From: Atractiella rhizophila
Lineage: Eukaryota
Assembly: GCA_021432655.1 (NCBI GenBank)
Contig: MU271415.1
Coordinates: forward strand, 1 to 64,000
Direction: 5' to 3'
Length of the DNA: 64,000 nucleotides
Part shown: piece by piece, positions 13,706 to 28,209 of the stretch
Numbering within the stretch: the first letter of the stretch is position 1
How the letters are laid out: every line of letters begins with the position of its first letter
The notes under the pieces: generated by a model
Seen by the model: only the letters and a program-made list of their open reading frames with translations
The model's database searches: none
Told to the model about the DNA's origin: nothing
Program-made: the position numbers and the translations under genes

Positions 13706-13920
13706 TGACTCATGCCCAGCTGAATTCCAAGTTCATTCCACTGATTATATGAGACCAAGTTAATGTCATGGCTAACATGGTTAACAAAGCTGGCAGTCAC
13801 GAGTTGTCACGGCCAGGGGAAATTTTGTATTTGCTGGCTAGTCGAGGATGCCGCTCCACCCCGTTCCGAAGAACACTTAACTTAGTAACAAGCTTCCTCA
13901 TCAACTTTAAAAATGACGTC
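13706..13920 (+). promoter_or_regulatory. Candidate oxidative-stress elements upstream of SOD1
   Basis: TGACTCA 13706-13712 (AP-1), AGGGG 13815-13819 (STRE), TTAGTAA 13882-13888 (Yap1 element), TGACGTC 13914-13920 (CRE-like). Short motifs, function inferred. Confidence 0.35.
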
Positions 13921-13998
13921 GCCGCTGATTACGCGCTCGAAACCACCAACATTTTCAACTGATTTGAGCCCATCCAACGCGTCTAATCAACGATCAAA

Positions 13999-14810
13999 AT
14001 GGTCAAGGCAGTAGCTGTTCTCCGAGGTGTGCATATTTGTATTTATTCTGTGGACGGGATCTGATCGATCGGTTGTCGAAGGCGATTCGCCAGTTACGGG
14101 CGTCATCACATTCACACAAGAGAGTGCGTTCAACACCCTCCCGGTTTCTCGATCAAGTGGTTATTGGTTATAATGGTATCCAATGATAGATGAATCGTCC
14201 CCTGTTGTCGTGACAGGCGAGATCAAGAACTTGGACAAGAACGCTCAGAGGGGATTTCATATCCAGTGCGTCTTTTTTGCGCATCGTTGTGGAGGATCGT
14301 GGATGAACTCTGAGGTGAGATAGTGAGTTGGGAGACAACTCCAATGGATGTACCTCCGCTGGACCTCACTTCAACCCTGCTGGAAAGAAACACGGAGGTC
14401 CCACTGATGCAGAGAGGCACGCTGGCGACCTTGGTGCGTCTTGCCTTCCTGTATCATTTGTTAGTTGCAGTGACCTCGTAGCTGCATAGGCAACATTCAA
14501 ACCGACGGAGATGGAGTTGCAAAGCTCAACATCACTGATAGCCACTTGAAGCTCATCGGTCCCCTCAGCATCATCGGCAGGACCGTTGTCGTGTAAGTTC
14601 TCTTCCCTATTTCTTGTCCGTTAATGACTGAAGCTGATCTCGTCCTCAAGTCATGCCGGTACCGACGATCTTGGAAAGGGAGGAAACGAGGAGAGCTTCA
14701 AGACCGGAAATGTGCGTTTTTCCATTGCATTTGATTTTGATTTTGAGCTGATACCTGTCATGAAGGCTGGTGGAAGAGCCGCATGTGGTGTTATTGGTAT
14801 CGCTGCTTAA
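13999..14810 (+). CDS. SOD1: Cu/Zn superoxide dismutase (7 exons; not represented in the ORF track)
   Basis: Hand-spliced: [10 protein letters not shown]...[24 protein letters not shown]...[16 protein letters not shown]...[40 protein letters not shown]. Confidence 0.97.
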
Positions 14811-15130
14811 GATATTGAATGTGAGAACCAATTGTTGTAGCAGCTTTGAGGCTCGTCCAAAAAGAAGATGTAGTAAATGAATGCTCAATTGTTACACTAT
14901 CTTTATCTTTACGTTGTGTGATGGCCAATCGCCGATTGGAGCGTGTTGATTAAGCGCAACAATCGGAAGATAGAAAGTTTTAAAGTTTGAGCCAATACAA
15001 TTCGGGCATATAACGTCACTACAGTTCTGAATCGAAAGGAAAGAAAATTTTCTTTTTTTCACGAAGGCGACCACTTCCCTTGAGGCTTCCTCAAGTACCG
15101 TTTCACCTCGATCTCGTCCAAACTCTCGAT

Positions 15131-17346
15131 ATGGTCATTCTCCAAACCCCTCCTCCCAACGGATCCACCTCCAACTTCCTGGACGCCTCGACGGCGCTCC
15201 AACATCTGTCTTCCTATCCTGGGACTGCCCACTCACTGAAATCGCTTTTCGAAACGACTCTTTCCACCGTAGGAGGCCTGACATACAATGACTTCCTCGT
15301 TATGCCTGGCCACATCAATTTTGCGGCGTCTGAAGTCGATCTGGGTGTCAAGATCTCCAAGAGGGGAACTCGCATCCGTGTTCCTGTTATTTCGAGCCCC
15401 ATGGATACTGTGACAGAAGCTGATATGGCGGTCGGAATGGCGGTGAGTCTTATCGCTTCAAGTTTGGAATTCGGGTTGAGGACCTTTTTTTCGTTGCAGC
15501 TTCAAGGCGGTCTGGGTGTCATCCATCATAACTTGCCGGCAGCTGAACAGGTTGAGATGGTTAGAAAAGTCAAGAAGTAAGTTATACTGCTAAGGAATTG
15601 GCGTGAGCTGTTTCGTCTGAAGCTTTCTTGTGCATGGTTGATGGTCGTGTGACCACTTAGTTTTCGTTTTCGGCACTAGCTTGCATAAAGTTGCAGCGCT
15701 ATTTAATCGTGGGCAGCGTTGTGCGCATGCTTGTCCTTGTTTGTGATATGAGATGTACCTTTGATAACATTGCTCTTGTGCAGGTTCGAGAACGGTTTCA
15801 TCACGGATCCAGTCTGTCTCACTCCCGACCACAAGGTGTCAGATGTTCTCGAGATCAAGGCAAATTTTGGTTTCGGTGGTATTCCCATCACAGGTATGTC
15901 TTCAATTTCCAGATATCGTGTCTGCATGCGAGAAAGCGTGATGATAAAAAGATATCGCTGTTAACCTTCGTTCTGCTGATAAAGCATGAGGAGCTAAATC
16001 ATTCATGTCCACTGATTCTTTCTCTGTTTCTTAAGCGATGACTTCTGCTTGGGTTATGAGGCTGATGCTCTCGAATAGACACTGGTGCTCTGAATGGCAA
16101 GCTGATCGGTATTGTCACCATTCGCGATGTGCAATTCCGTCCACCGAACACACCTCTCTCCTCCGTCATGACCACAGGACCCTCCCTCGTCGTTGCCCAA
16201 GAAGGCATCACGCTTGACAAGGCGAACGAGATCCTCCGCGATTCCAAGAAAGGCAAGCTGCCAATCGTCGACTCTGAAGGCCGTCTCAAGTCCCTTCTGG
16301 CTCGTTCCGATCTCCTCAAATCTCAGACGTACCCTTGGGCTTCGAAGACGCGTGAGGGGGATGGGAAACAGCTTCTCTGCGCCGCTGCCATTGGCACACG
16401 TGAGGCGGACAAAGAGCGTCTCGATCTCCTTGTCCAGGCAGGTCTGGACGTAGTCGTCATCGATTCATCCCAGGGGAATAGCGTCTACCAAATAGAAATG
16501 ATCCAATGGATCAAAAATCGCCACCCCCACCTCGACGTAATTGCTGGAAACGTGGTAACGCGTGAACAAGCGGCGGTCCTTATTCATGCTGGTGCAGATG
16601 CGCTTAGAGTTGGAATGGGCAGCGGGTCGATCTGTATCACTCAAGAAATCACTGCTGTGGGAAGAAGCCAGGGATCTGCTGTCTACGCCGTCGCTGAATT
16701 CGCGAGTAAATTCGGCGTCCCTGTCATTGCCGATGGTGGAATCTCGAATGTCGGACACATCGCTAAGGCTCTTGCGCTTGGTGCCAGCGCAGTGATGATG
16801 GGTTCTATGCTCGCTGGGACGGAGGAGAGTCCGGGAGAATATTTCTATGCTTCTCAGGATGGCAGTGGAGGTGGAAAGCGGTTGAAGAAGTACAGAGGGA
16901 TGGGAAGTCTAGACGCTATGGAGGGAGGCAATGATGAGAAGAAGGGGAAGGGGAAAGGAGGACGTGAGAATGCTGCTACGTCGCGGTATTTTTCGGAGGA
17001 GGACACCGTCCGCGTCGCTCAAGGCGTCACCGGTGCCGTTCAAGATAAGGGCAGCTTGAAGAGGTTCATTCCTTATTTAGTGGCCGGTCTTCGTACGTTT
17101 CTGCTTTCCATGGAGATGTTTGATCTCATGCGATGATTTTAGAGCATGCTTTCCAAGATATGGGGGTGAGGAGTATGACAGACCTGAGGCAACAGGCCGA
17201 GTCAGGGAAATTGAGGTTCGAGCTCCGTACAGCCTCAGCTCAAGTGGAAGGAGGCGTTCATGGGTTGCACTCGTGCGTCACTTCAATTTTACACGTATCA
17301 GCGCTGATGAATCCGTAACAGATACGAAAAGCGACTGTTTTCTTAG
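15131..17346 (+). CDS. IMD: Inosine-5'-monophosphate dehydrogenase (IMPDH)
   Basis: [38 protein letters not shown], catalytic [20 protein letters not shown], flap SRYFSE, C-terminus [16 protein letters not shown]. Confidence 0.97.
15930..16024 (+). ncRNA. snR54: Intronic box C/D snoRNA, probable snR54/U59 homologue
   Basis: Inside IMPDH intron 15894-16078: C box GTGATGA 15938-15944, D' CTGA 15976-15979, C' ATGAGGA 15986-15992, D CTGA 16012-16015, terminal stem GAGAAAG/CTTTCTC. The guide TAACCTTCGTTCT is complementary to 18S AGAACGAAGGUUA. Confidence 0.88.
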
Positions 17347-17890
17347 GTTGTCTGTTGTTTGAGAAGTCGTTGGTTCATTCATTCTTTCGTTATCGTTGGT
17401 CATTCGCTACCCGTACAATCGCAGACTCCCATCTTGTACTACCCTAAAATGCCATAGAATATGTACCATTGCTTGCTTCTCGTTGCTCAATGCAGATCTT
17501 GGAACTAGATCGCCCAATCAGATTCTACCTCGAAGAATTTAAGTAATATCAGTAAAAACTGGTCTTAATTGAAGCGATCATATCCTTTATGGATGACGGC
17601 ATTGGTTATTATCTACAAAGCGCTTTGGCGATGGGTATGCACGACCGCATTAGACGAACTCCTCTGTAATTGTACTAGTAATGCCTGTCTCATGCAAACA
17701 AACGGATCATGATGGGACGAAAGACAACTGGCACTCTTCAAGTCGAAAAAAGGAAAGTTGCAAAATTTGCTGCTCTCAAGAAAGCCCAAAAAATGATTGA
17801 TTTATTGATGTCGTATCCTTTCCACCATGTCACATTGTCAGGAGGGATGATTGATAGAGATCAGGAATGCTCACGATGGATGTCTTGTAT

Positions 17891-19721
<1,831 letters not shown>

Positions 19722-20309
19722 TCATCCCTAAGCATCCTAAGCAGAAAGGGTACTTGCCAGGGATTGGAGAGGCTAGAAGATGGTCGCTGCAGCTTTCGAG
19801 CTAAGAAGGAAACGCGCTGGGCTGTGGTCTCGCTTGTAGTTTCTTTTCCACTACACTCAACCTTAATGAGAAACAGATGCACATGATAAACTTAAACTTT
19901 GTGGAATTACCAGTTGGGAAATCCGAGAAATCCGCTCGGCTTTCTTCGAGGTGCTAATTCCGAAGGGCAATGCGCAGCGGTCTGTACTTGAGCCGTCTGG
20001 AACAACGCTGGAACGTGTTCCGAGCGATTTCCTTTGAACGACAGGTTCTTCGAGTGCGAGATTTTCAGTTTGCCAGTTTTGGCTCGCCAATCTTCCGTCT
20101 GCTTTCCGGTGCTCAATCGACGAACCGGTCGTACGAGGCACAAGAGTTCCAACTTCCAACAGCGGAGATGGGAACGCGAACGTATAAAAGGATTGGGGGG
20201 GCTCTGCGTTCGCTTCCTCCCTAAAAACCCTCTCATCTTCCTGGACAAATATTTCCAGGATACCCTCTCGCAGAATTAAATACCAGAAGTGGTAGATTCG
20301 TTGTGCAGT

Positions 20310-21055
20310 ATGAAGAATTTGTCTATCCAGTTGGAGTCGAAGCCTAAGCATTGGTGCAGAGAAGGTGAGGTTCATTCTTTTCATTTCTCACCTTTCGTGT
20401 CGTGTCACGGATGGAGCACTGATAAATTTATTGCACAGAGCTCTGTATCTTCGCTGAACAAGCCGTCCTGGCTTTATTCCCAATCGAGCCTGAATGTCAG
20501 GTTCCAACCTCTCAGCCTCGTCTATCAGTGTGGTTGGTGCGTCCACCGTCCTATCTCCTTATAAAACACAATACTCACCTAGAATTTATGCAACAGTCCT
20601 ACGTCCTCTTACGCACCGAGCTTCCAGACGCCCACCTTTTCTACGCACTCCATCTCCTCCGCCGTCTCTCCATCTCCTACGCACCCGCCTCGAGCAGCAT
20701 CGGGGACTACCCCCCCTTATTCCACCACCAGCTTCTCCTCGCCTCCCTTGTCCTCTCCGGTGCATACGCCTGCGACACCGCTTTCACACTCGCGAGTTGG
20801 AAGAAGGCCTCCATGGAAATCTGGAGCGTGGGCGAGATCGAGGAGCTCCAATTTGAGATGTTTCGGGTGCTCGAGTTCAAGTTGAGGGAGGAGGGCGAGG
20901 ACCTGGATGCTGTCGTTCGGGGATACGAGATGGAGTGGAAGGCGTCGAGGATGCCGACGCTCAAAAAAACAGAAAAAGCGACCGAGGACCCTCACCGTGC
21001 ACCTCGGTTCGTCGATAGCGAAGAGCTGGACACCGGTGATGTTGCAGAGGGATAA
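20310..21055 (+). CDS. Pcl/Pho80-like (Pho85) cyclin-fold protein
   Basis: Spliced PRLSVWL|SYVLLRTELPDAHLFYALHLLRRL and HQLLLASLVLSGAYACDTAFTLASW...IEELQFEMFRVLEFKL resemble the Pcl cyclin box. 5' exons are inferred. Confidence 0.7.
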
Positions 21056-21623
21056 TCCGGAACGATTCGCTACTACTTTGCAGGCGCTGGACGTGTTTTG
21101 ACGCTACACTACGTTTACCCCTTACCCTCCCTTCATCTTGGGTTTTGGTTCTGGTCGTCAGTTTTCTTTGGCATTCTGATGCTTCCCGTTTCAGTCAGTT
21201 GGTGATGATGGTCCACCTCAAAATCTTCAATATACTCTGTAGCATACCCCAGCATTCTTTGTTGTTGTTCAACACCTTTCAATCCCAATTAGATCCTCTT
21301 TCGTAGTTCGTCCAGATGCTATAATTCATCGTGTTTCGATACCACCATACTTCCATGATGCAGTACCCTGGCCCACGATCGATCGATGTTCTGCAAGCAA
21401 CTGCAAACTTTGCCATGGGTGATTCCAAGATTCAAAAGCATCAACCATTGGCACATTATCGGTTGTTGGGCTGTCAGGAGAAGCGAATTGAAAAATGCAA
21501 AGAAGGAAGAGCCCATATACCATAATTAAGGGGGGATTCAAGAACCTGGAAACACAGAAAATGCCTCAGGCAACGGCAACAGACGACAGCTTGAAATGAA
21601 AATGAACAACAACTGAATTGGAG

Positions 21624-22270
21624 TCACTGGTCCCCCATCTCCACATCCTCCACCTTGCCTACTTCTCCTCCCTCATCGCCCTCCTGACTGTCGCCTTGAG
21701 TAGTCTTGCGCTTCTTCTTCCCTTTCTCTGACGCGCTCGAGCCTTTTCTCTTCGATCCAGCAACCGTTGTTTCCTCCTCGTCTTCCCCGGCCTCATCGCG
21801 TTCCTGTCGAACATTTTGCTGATACTATTCCCCATGTCAACACAAGCACACTCGAAAGGAAATAACTGGCCACATACCATTCTATACTTTGCAAGATAAA
21901 CAGTCAAACACTGATGGTACCTCTCAAACCCAAGGGTCTTCAAGCTCCAAATAATATCCTCTCCATTGATCGTCTTCCGATTCTCATTCACGCATTTATC
22001 GTTCGCCTCACTAGTCAAGAACGAAATGAATTCAGACACGCTCTCCTGAAGCAACTCCTTCGCGTCTTTAGACACCTTTGAACCGGGAGAAAGTGGTTTC
22101 TTCATCAGACGAGCGACATTCGCGATGGGCAGGAAACGGTCTTGTTCGCGGTAGGCTTCGATTTGCGTCTCATTGGGAGGAGGGAGATTCGTTTCTGGGA
22201 GCCTTTGAGAGAGGACGGAAGGAGAAGAAGGACGCAGAGGCGCGAGAACTGGCTCAGTGGAGGCGGACAT
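21624..22270 (-). CDS. HAP3: CCAAT-binding factor subunit B (NF-YB, histone fold)
   Basis: [17 protein letters not shown]...[29 protein letters not shown]...RKTINGEDI. One intron; an acidic/basic tail ends at 21624. Confidence 0.93.
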
Positions 22271-22776
22271 ATCTGATTGTGGACAGTCTTACTCTGATCT
22301 CCAGCCAATGGGAAGCGTCTGCAGTTTTACATTCACGTGATCTGACCACACCATCGCTAGTTGTCCCATCTGCAGCAGTCTACAGTCTCAAGGTAAGGTG
22401 ACAGGCATACGAGAACAAACGATTGAACAGAATGTCATTAAAATTTCATGAATCCAACCAGCGCTACCATACCACTCGAAAGAAATTGCGCCTTTGACCA
22501 AAAAGAGTAGAGTAGGACAGAGAATGGAAAGAATGTAGAGAAGCTTACTTTGGAGAACAACAAAAGCGCCAATGTGGTATCAGGCATGATTTTAAAGAAG
22601 TATTAGAGTGGAGAAAAAAGAAATTTTTTGTCAATCGCCATTGGTTCTTTGAGTCTAATTCTTCTTTCTTCACTTCCGCCTTCCTTTTCAAACGAAATTG
22701 ACATTGTAATCATCTGACACTCATCATCAACCCCGAAAACAGGAATGAATAGTAGAACCTCACACGCATCAGCTGC

Positions 22777-24689
<1,913 letters not shown>

Positions 24690-25013
24690 TACGTCTACTT
24701 CTTTACGTGATTAAGGGCTTTAGTGTATGGGAGCAGAGGCCAGATACTCGTCAAGTGCTGGTTGGTGGAAGAGGAAGCCCTTTCAAGAATTTCGCTAGCG
24801 CGCCCGGCCAATACGGCCCTTCTATCGGCCGCATGCGGGACCGACCGGACATCCTCCGCATTCAGGCCTGAGAGCTGGAAAGAAATTGTGATTTTGCTCA
24901 AAATGCAATGATAGGGGAACGGACGACAGACTGACGGAATAAATAGAGATTTTATTATATTGGTATTCATATTAGGAAAGGAGCACACATCCCGGCCAAA
25001 TCATCATCGCACT

Positions 25014-27928
25014 CTACTTTTTGGAAGCCCTCTCTGGGCTAGGAGATCTCGACCTCGTTAGCAAAGGAGATCTTTCAGTGGCATGGAACCCATCGGGGGA
25101 CTGCAAATATTGTGAGGCAAAGCTGACCGGAGCAGCAAAAGCAAGCGGCATACCTGGCTTAGGTTCAAAGCATCTTCAACGGTAAGACGGGGATGGGTGG
25201 ATGGGCTGCGGTTAGCGATCTCGTTAGGATCAGCCTTCATTCGTACTTTATCTAGAACTGCAAGTACCCCATCATCAGTGTTTCTCCTCCTTGTTGAAGA
25301 ACTGACTGGGTTTTGGTGCAACAATTCCATTTTCCAACGTTCCGTAATTGGAATTTTGTCTTACAACTTTCGTGTTACGACGGCGCTCCATGATGCCTAC
25401 AAGGGCTGGGTCAGTAACGTGAACCCTGGAGCATGAATAGGGCAGACCTTTGATAAATGGTCCAAGCTGACCAGCGGCAGCCGATTTGATGGCAGGTCGG
25501 CGAATAACCTTTATTTTATTATGGACATCGACCTTGACGAAGGTAAGCTAGGGAGAACGGGAACACGAAGAACACATACGTAGACGTCTGTCTCATCCAC
25601 AATCTCCTCTCCAATCATTCTTTCAATAACACAAATGAATGACCGATATGATACTTAATAAAACAACGTACTCTTCAATAACATCTTCAAGGGAGACAAT
25701 GCCGAGTGCGCCGCCGTCTTCGCCTGGATTCTTGGAAACAAGGAGCATGTGACTCTTTCCCGTCTGCACTCATAAATGTCAACTCCAGTCATTCAGGAAG
25801 AGGATGAAATGCTTACTTGGAAAAAGTTGAGAGCGTCTAAGCATGAAACAGATGGCTCGGTTTCTGGTAAAGAGGATATTTTGAAGGATTTGACGGGACG
25901 AGCATCTTCTGGATCGCTGAAGCCAAATATCTTAGTGTAGTTTTGGGGAATGAAACTGGAAATAAGCTACTAGGTGATCAGTTGTTTGATCAGTAACATC
26001 CCAATGAAGTTCTATGACAGCCAAGGTCATTTCTGGGTGTAATTGATCAGACGCTATTTTACCTCTGGATGGCCGGCTGGAATCCAAAATTTTGAGTCGC
26101 GATCAAGAGATAAACAGATGGACAGCACCTTCATGAATGGGTACCCGAGAATAGCCTTGAGACAATATCTGCTCGTCAAGTCAGAAAAGCTTCGAAAGAA
26201 AGAAAGGGGAAAACGAACCTCTGTCACCGTTTCCTCATCAAGGATATCATCCGCTACGCGACAAATAAGTCTTCTCTTGACGAAGAGTGTTGGATTTACC
26301 TCCCAACGTATAACAGTCCTTGAACAGGGTCAGCGTCCGAGCTTTAAACAAAAATGACTTATTTACCGCGATAGGGGTCATGATCTTGTCGACACTCTTC
26401 TCAGCCAACCTGCACACACATGCATCAAGGACGGGCAACGGATTGGGACAGACCATACTCTAAAACTGAACCTATGATGGTAATCTCGTCCTCGTTGAGG
26501 CTCTCATCTCCAATATCTAATCTCATGCCTTCAGGTGATCCACAAAATTGGTAGGAAAGGCGACTTACTACCATGCAAGGATACAAAGGTCTTCAATTCT
26601 ATCACCTGCTCCATTAGCCTCTCTTTCAGCGCTGAAACTAAGGAAACCGCACCAGCTTTTTTATAGGTTGTACCCTCATCATGTCCTAGAATCCAATCTA
26701 GAAGTTTTGCGATTGGCCAACTTATTGGTGCGGTGATGTACATAAGGATGAGAACGAAAGGAGCTGCCTTAGAACCTATTGACAGACCGTAACGGACCGA
26801 CACGGCTGATTTCGCTGTCAGTCCACTGCGAATGTAATACGCGCGAAAGAAATAACGCACATTGAGGAATGATTTCTCCAAATATAACTATCATTGTCGT
26901 TGAAATCGCAATAGCTGCAATTCCGCCTCCTAGAATAGAATCCCTATTACCAGAAAATGTTATTGGTCAACAAACTTTTGTATCCACTTGATGAGAAACG
27001 TAAACTCACAGAAAAATAGGTAGGGACTCGTTCACGATAACATTGCTGAGGAGGAGCACGACTAGCACCCAGTGCCGACCTTTTTCTAGAAGCTTGAGTA
27101 CCTTTACGGCTTGGGTCCGCTCCTTCCCCTCAGCTGCTTGTGAGAGCACTTTGAGATTTGTCTGGTCCAAGCCCATGAGACCGAGTGTCAAACCTGAAGC
27201 GAAACAATGTCAGAAAGCTTGTCTTACACGCTATAATGGCAAGATTGTTACAGTGGATGGAACAAGGGAAGAAATGCGTGGAAAAATTTGCAAGTATGCA
27301 GAACATAGCCGAATACAGCATAACAGCTGCAGCTTAGAAGAAGGAAACCAAGTCTAACGCATCATTTCGTGTCTCGATCGTCTAATTTCCGTACAACGGA
27401 AGTTTGTTGGCACTGCTCTCGAGCTTCTGCAGAGCGTTACAAACGAGATAAGTTCTCACGAGAAAGATATTATCGCACACAGTCCTCCATGGGAAGAGGA
27501 CTCGTCACATACTCAGCAATGATTTAACATGCGTGGCAAGGATGCTTGTTCCTTTACGCTATCAAAGAAGCACGGCTTGCCCGTTACTATACTCAATGCG
27601 TAATGTTTCCTCGCGACTCTTCCCCTGTGAAGGAAGACGTCAAGAGCTAAAAGTGAATGGCTCGACACACCCAAGACACCCCACCAAACTTCACAAAAAT
27701 CTTACCAGCAAATACCCCTCCTAGTAGCACGAACACTACACTTATCGCCAACTTCCAGTAAAAGTCTTTACTTCCTGGCGGGGTCTCAGGAGGCTGCCCA
27801 CTGATAGGTTCTGCCAGATCATGAATGTCCCGTCTAACCCGCGCGCCAGGGAGATGGGAGAGTGAAAGAAACAGAAGCACGCATATGGTCAAGAGAAAAA
27901 GTGGGCGGAGGAGGTGACGAGAGGACAT
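25014..27928 (-). CDS. MAM3: CNNM/DUF21 + CBS-domain metal-homeostasis membrane protein
   Basis: [86 protein letters not shown]. The 3' end is inferred. Confidence 0.9.
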
Positions 27929-28209
27929 CTTTCGTCAGTTGCTGGATCCTCTTGACCTTGACGCTGGTTTTGGCTGGATGCGTCAATCTGTGATTTGAAA
28001 TACTACAAGGGAATTTGCCGAGTAATGCCGTGAAAGACGCAGAAGCCTTATTTTATCTCCTCTCAACTGGAACGTGACTTCAGTCTTGGTCCAATCTGAG
28101 AAAGCTTCTCTGCCTCTGCCTGCCAACACTATATATACACAGGCCTGGCCCAGTGCGGTTGCCAAAGGTGTGCACCCTGAATGTAACTCAATGCAATAAC
28201 AGTAAATGC

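Noticed and set aside
15131..17346. IMPDH as a mycophenolate-resistant MpaF/IMPDH-B type
   Set aside because: It keeps the canonical Tyr in KKYRGMGS and hosts the snoRNA, as expected of the housekeeping copy.
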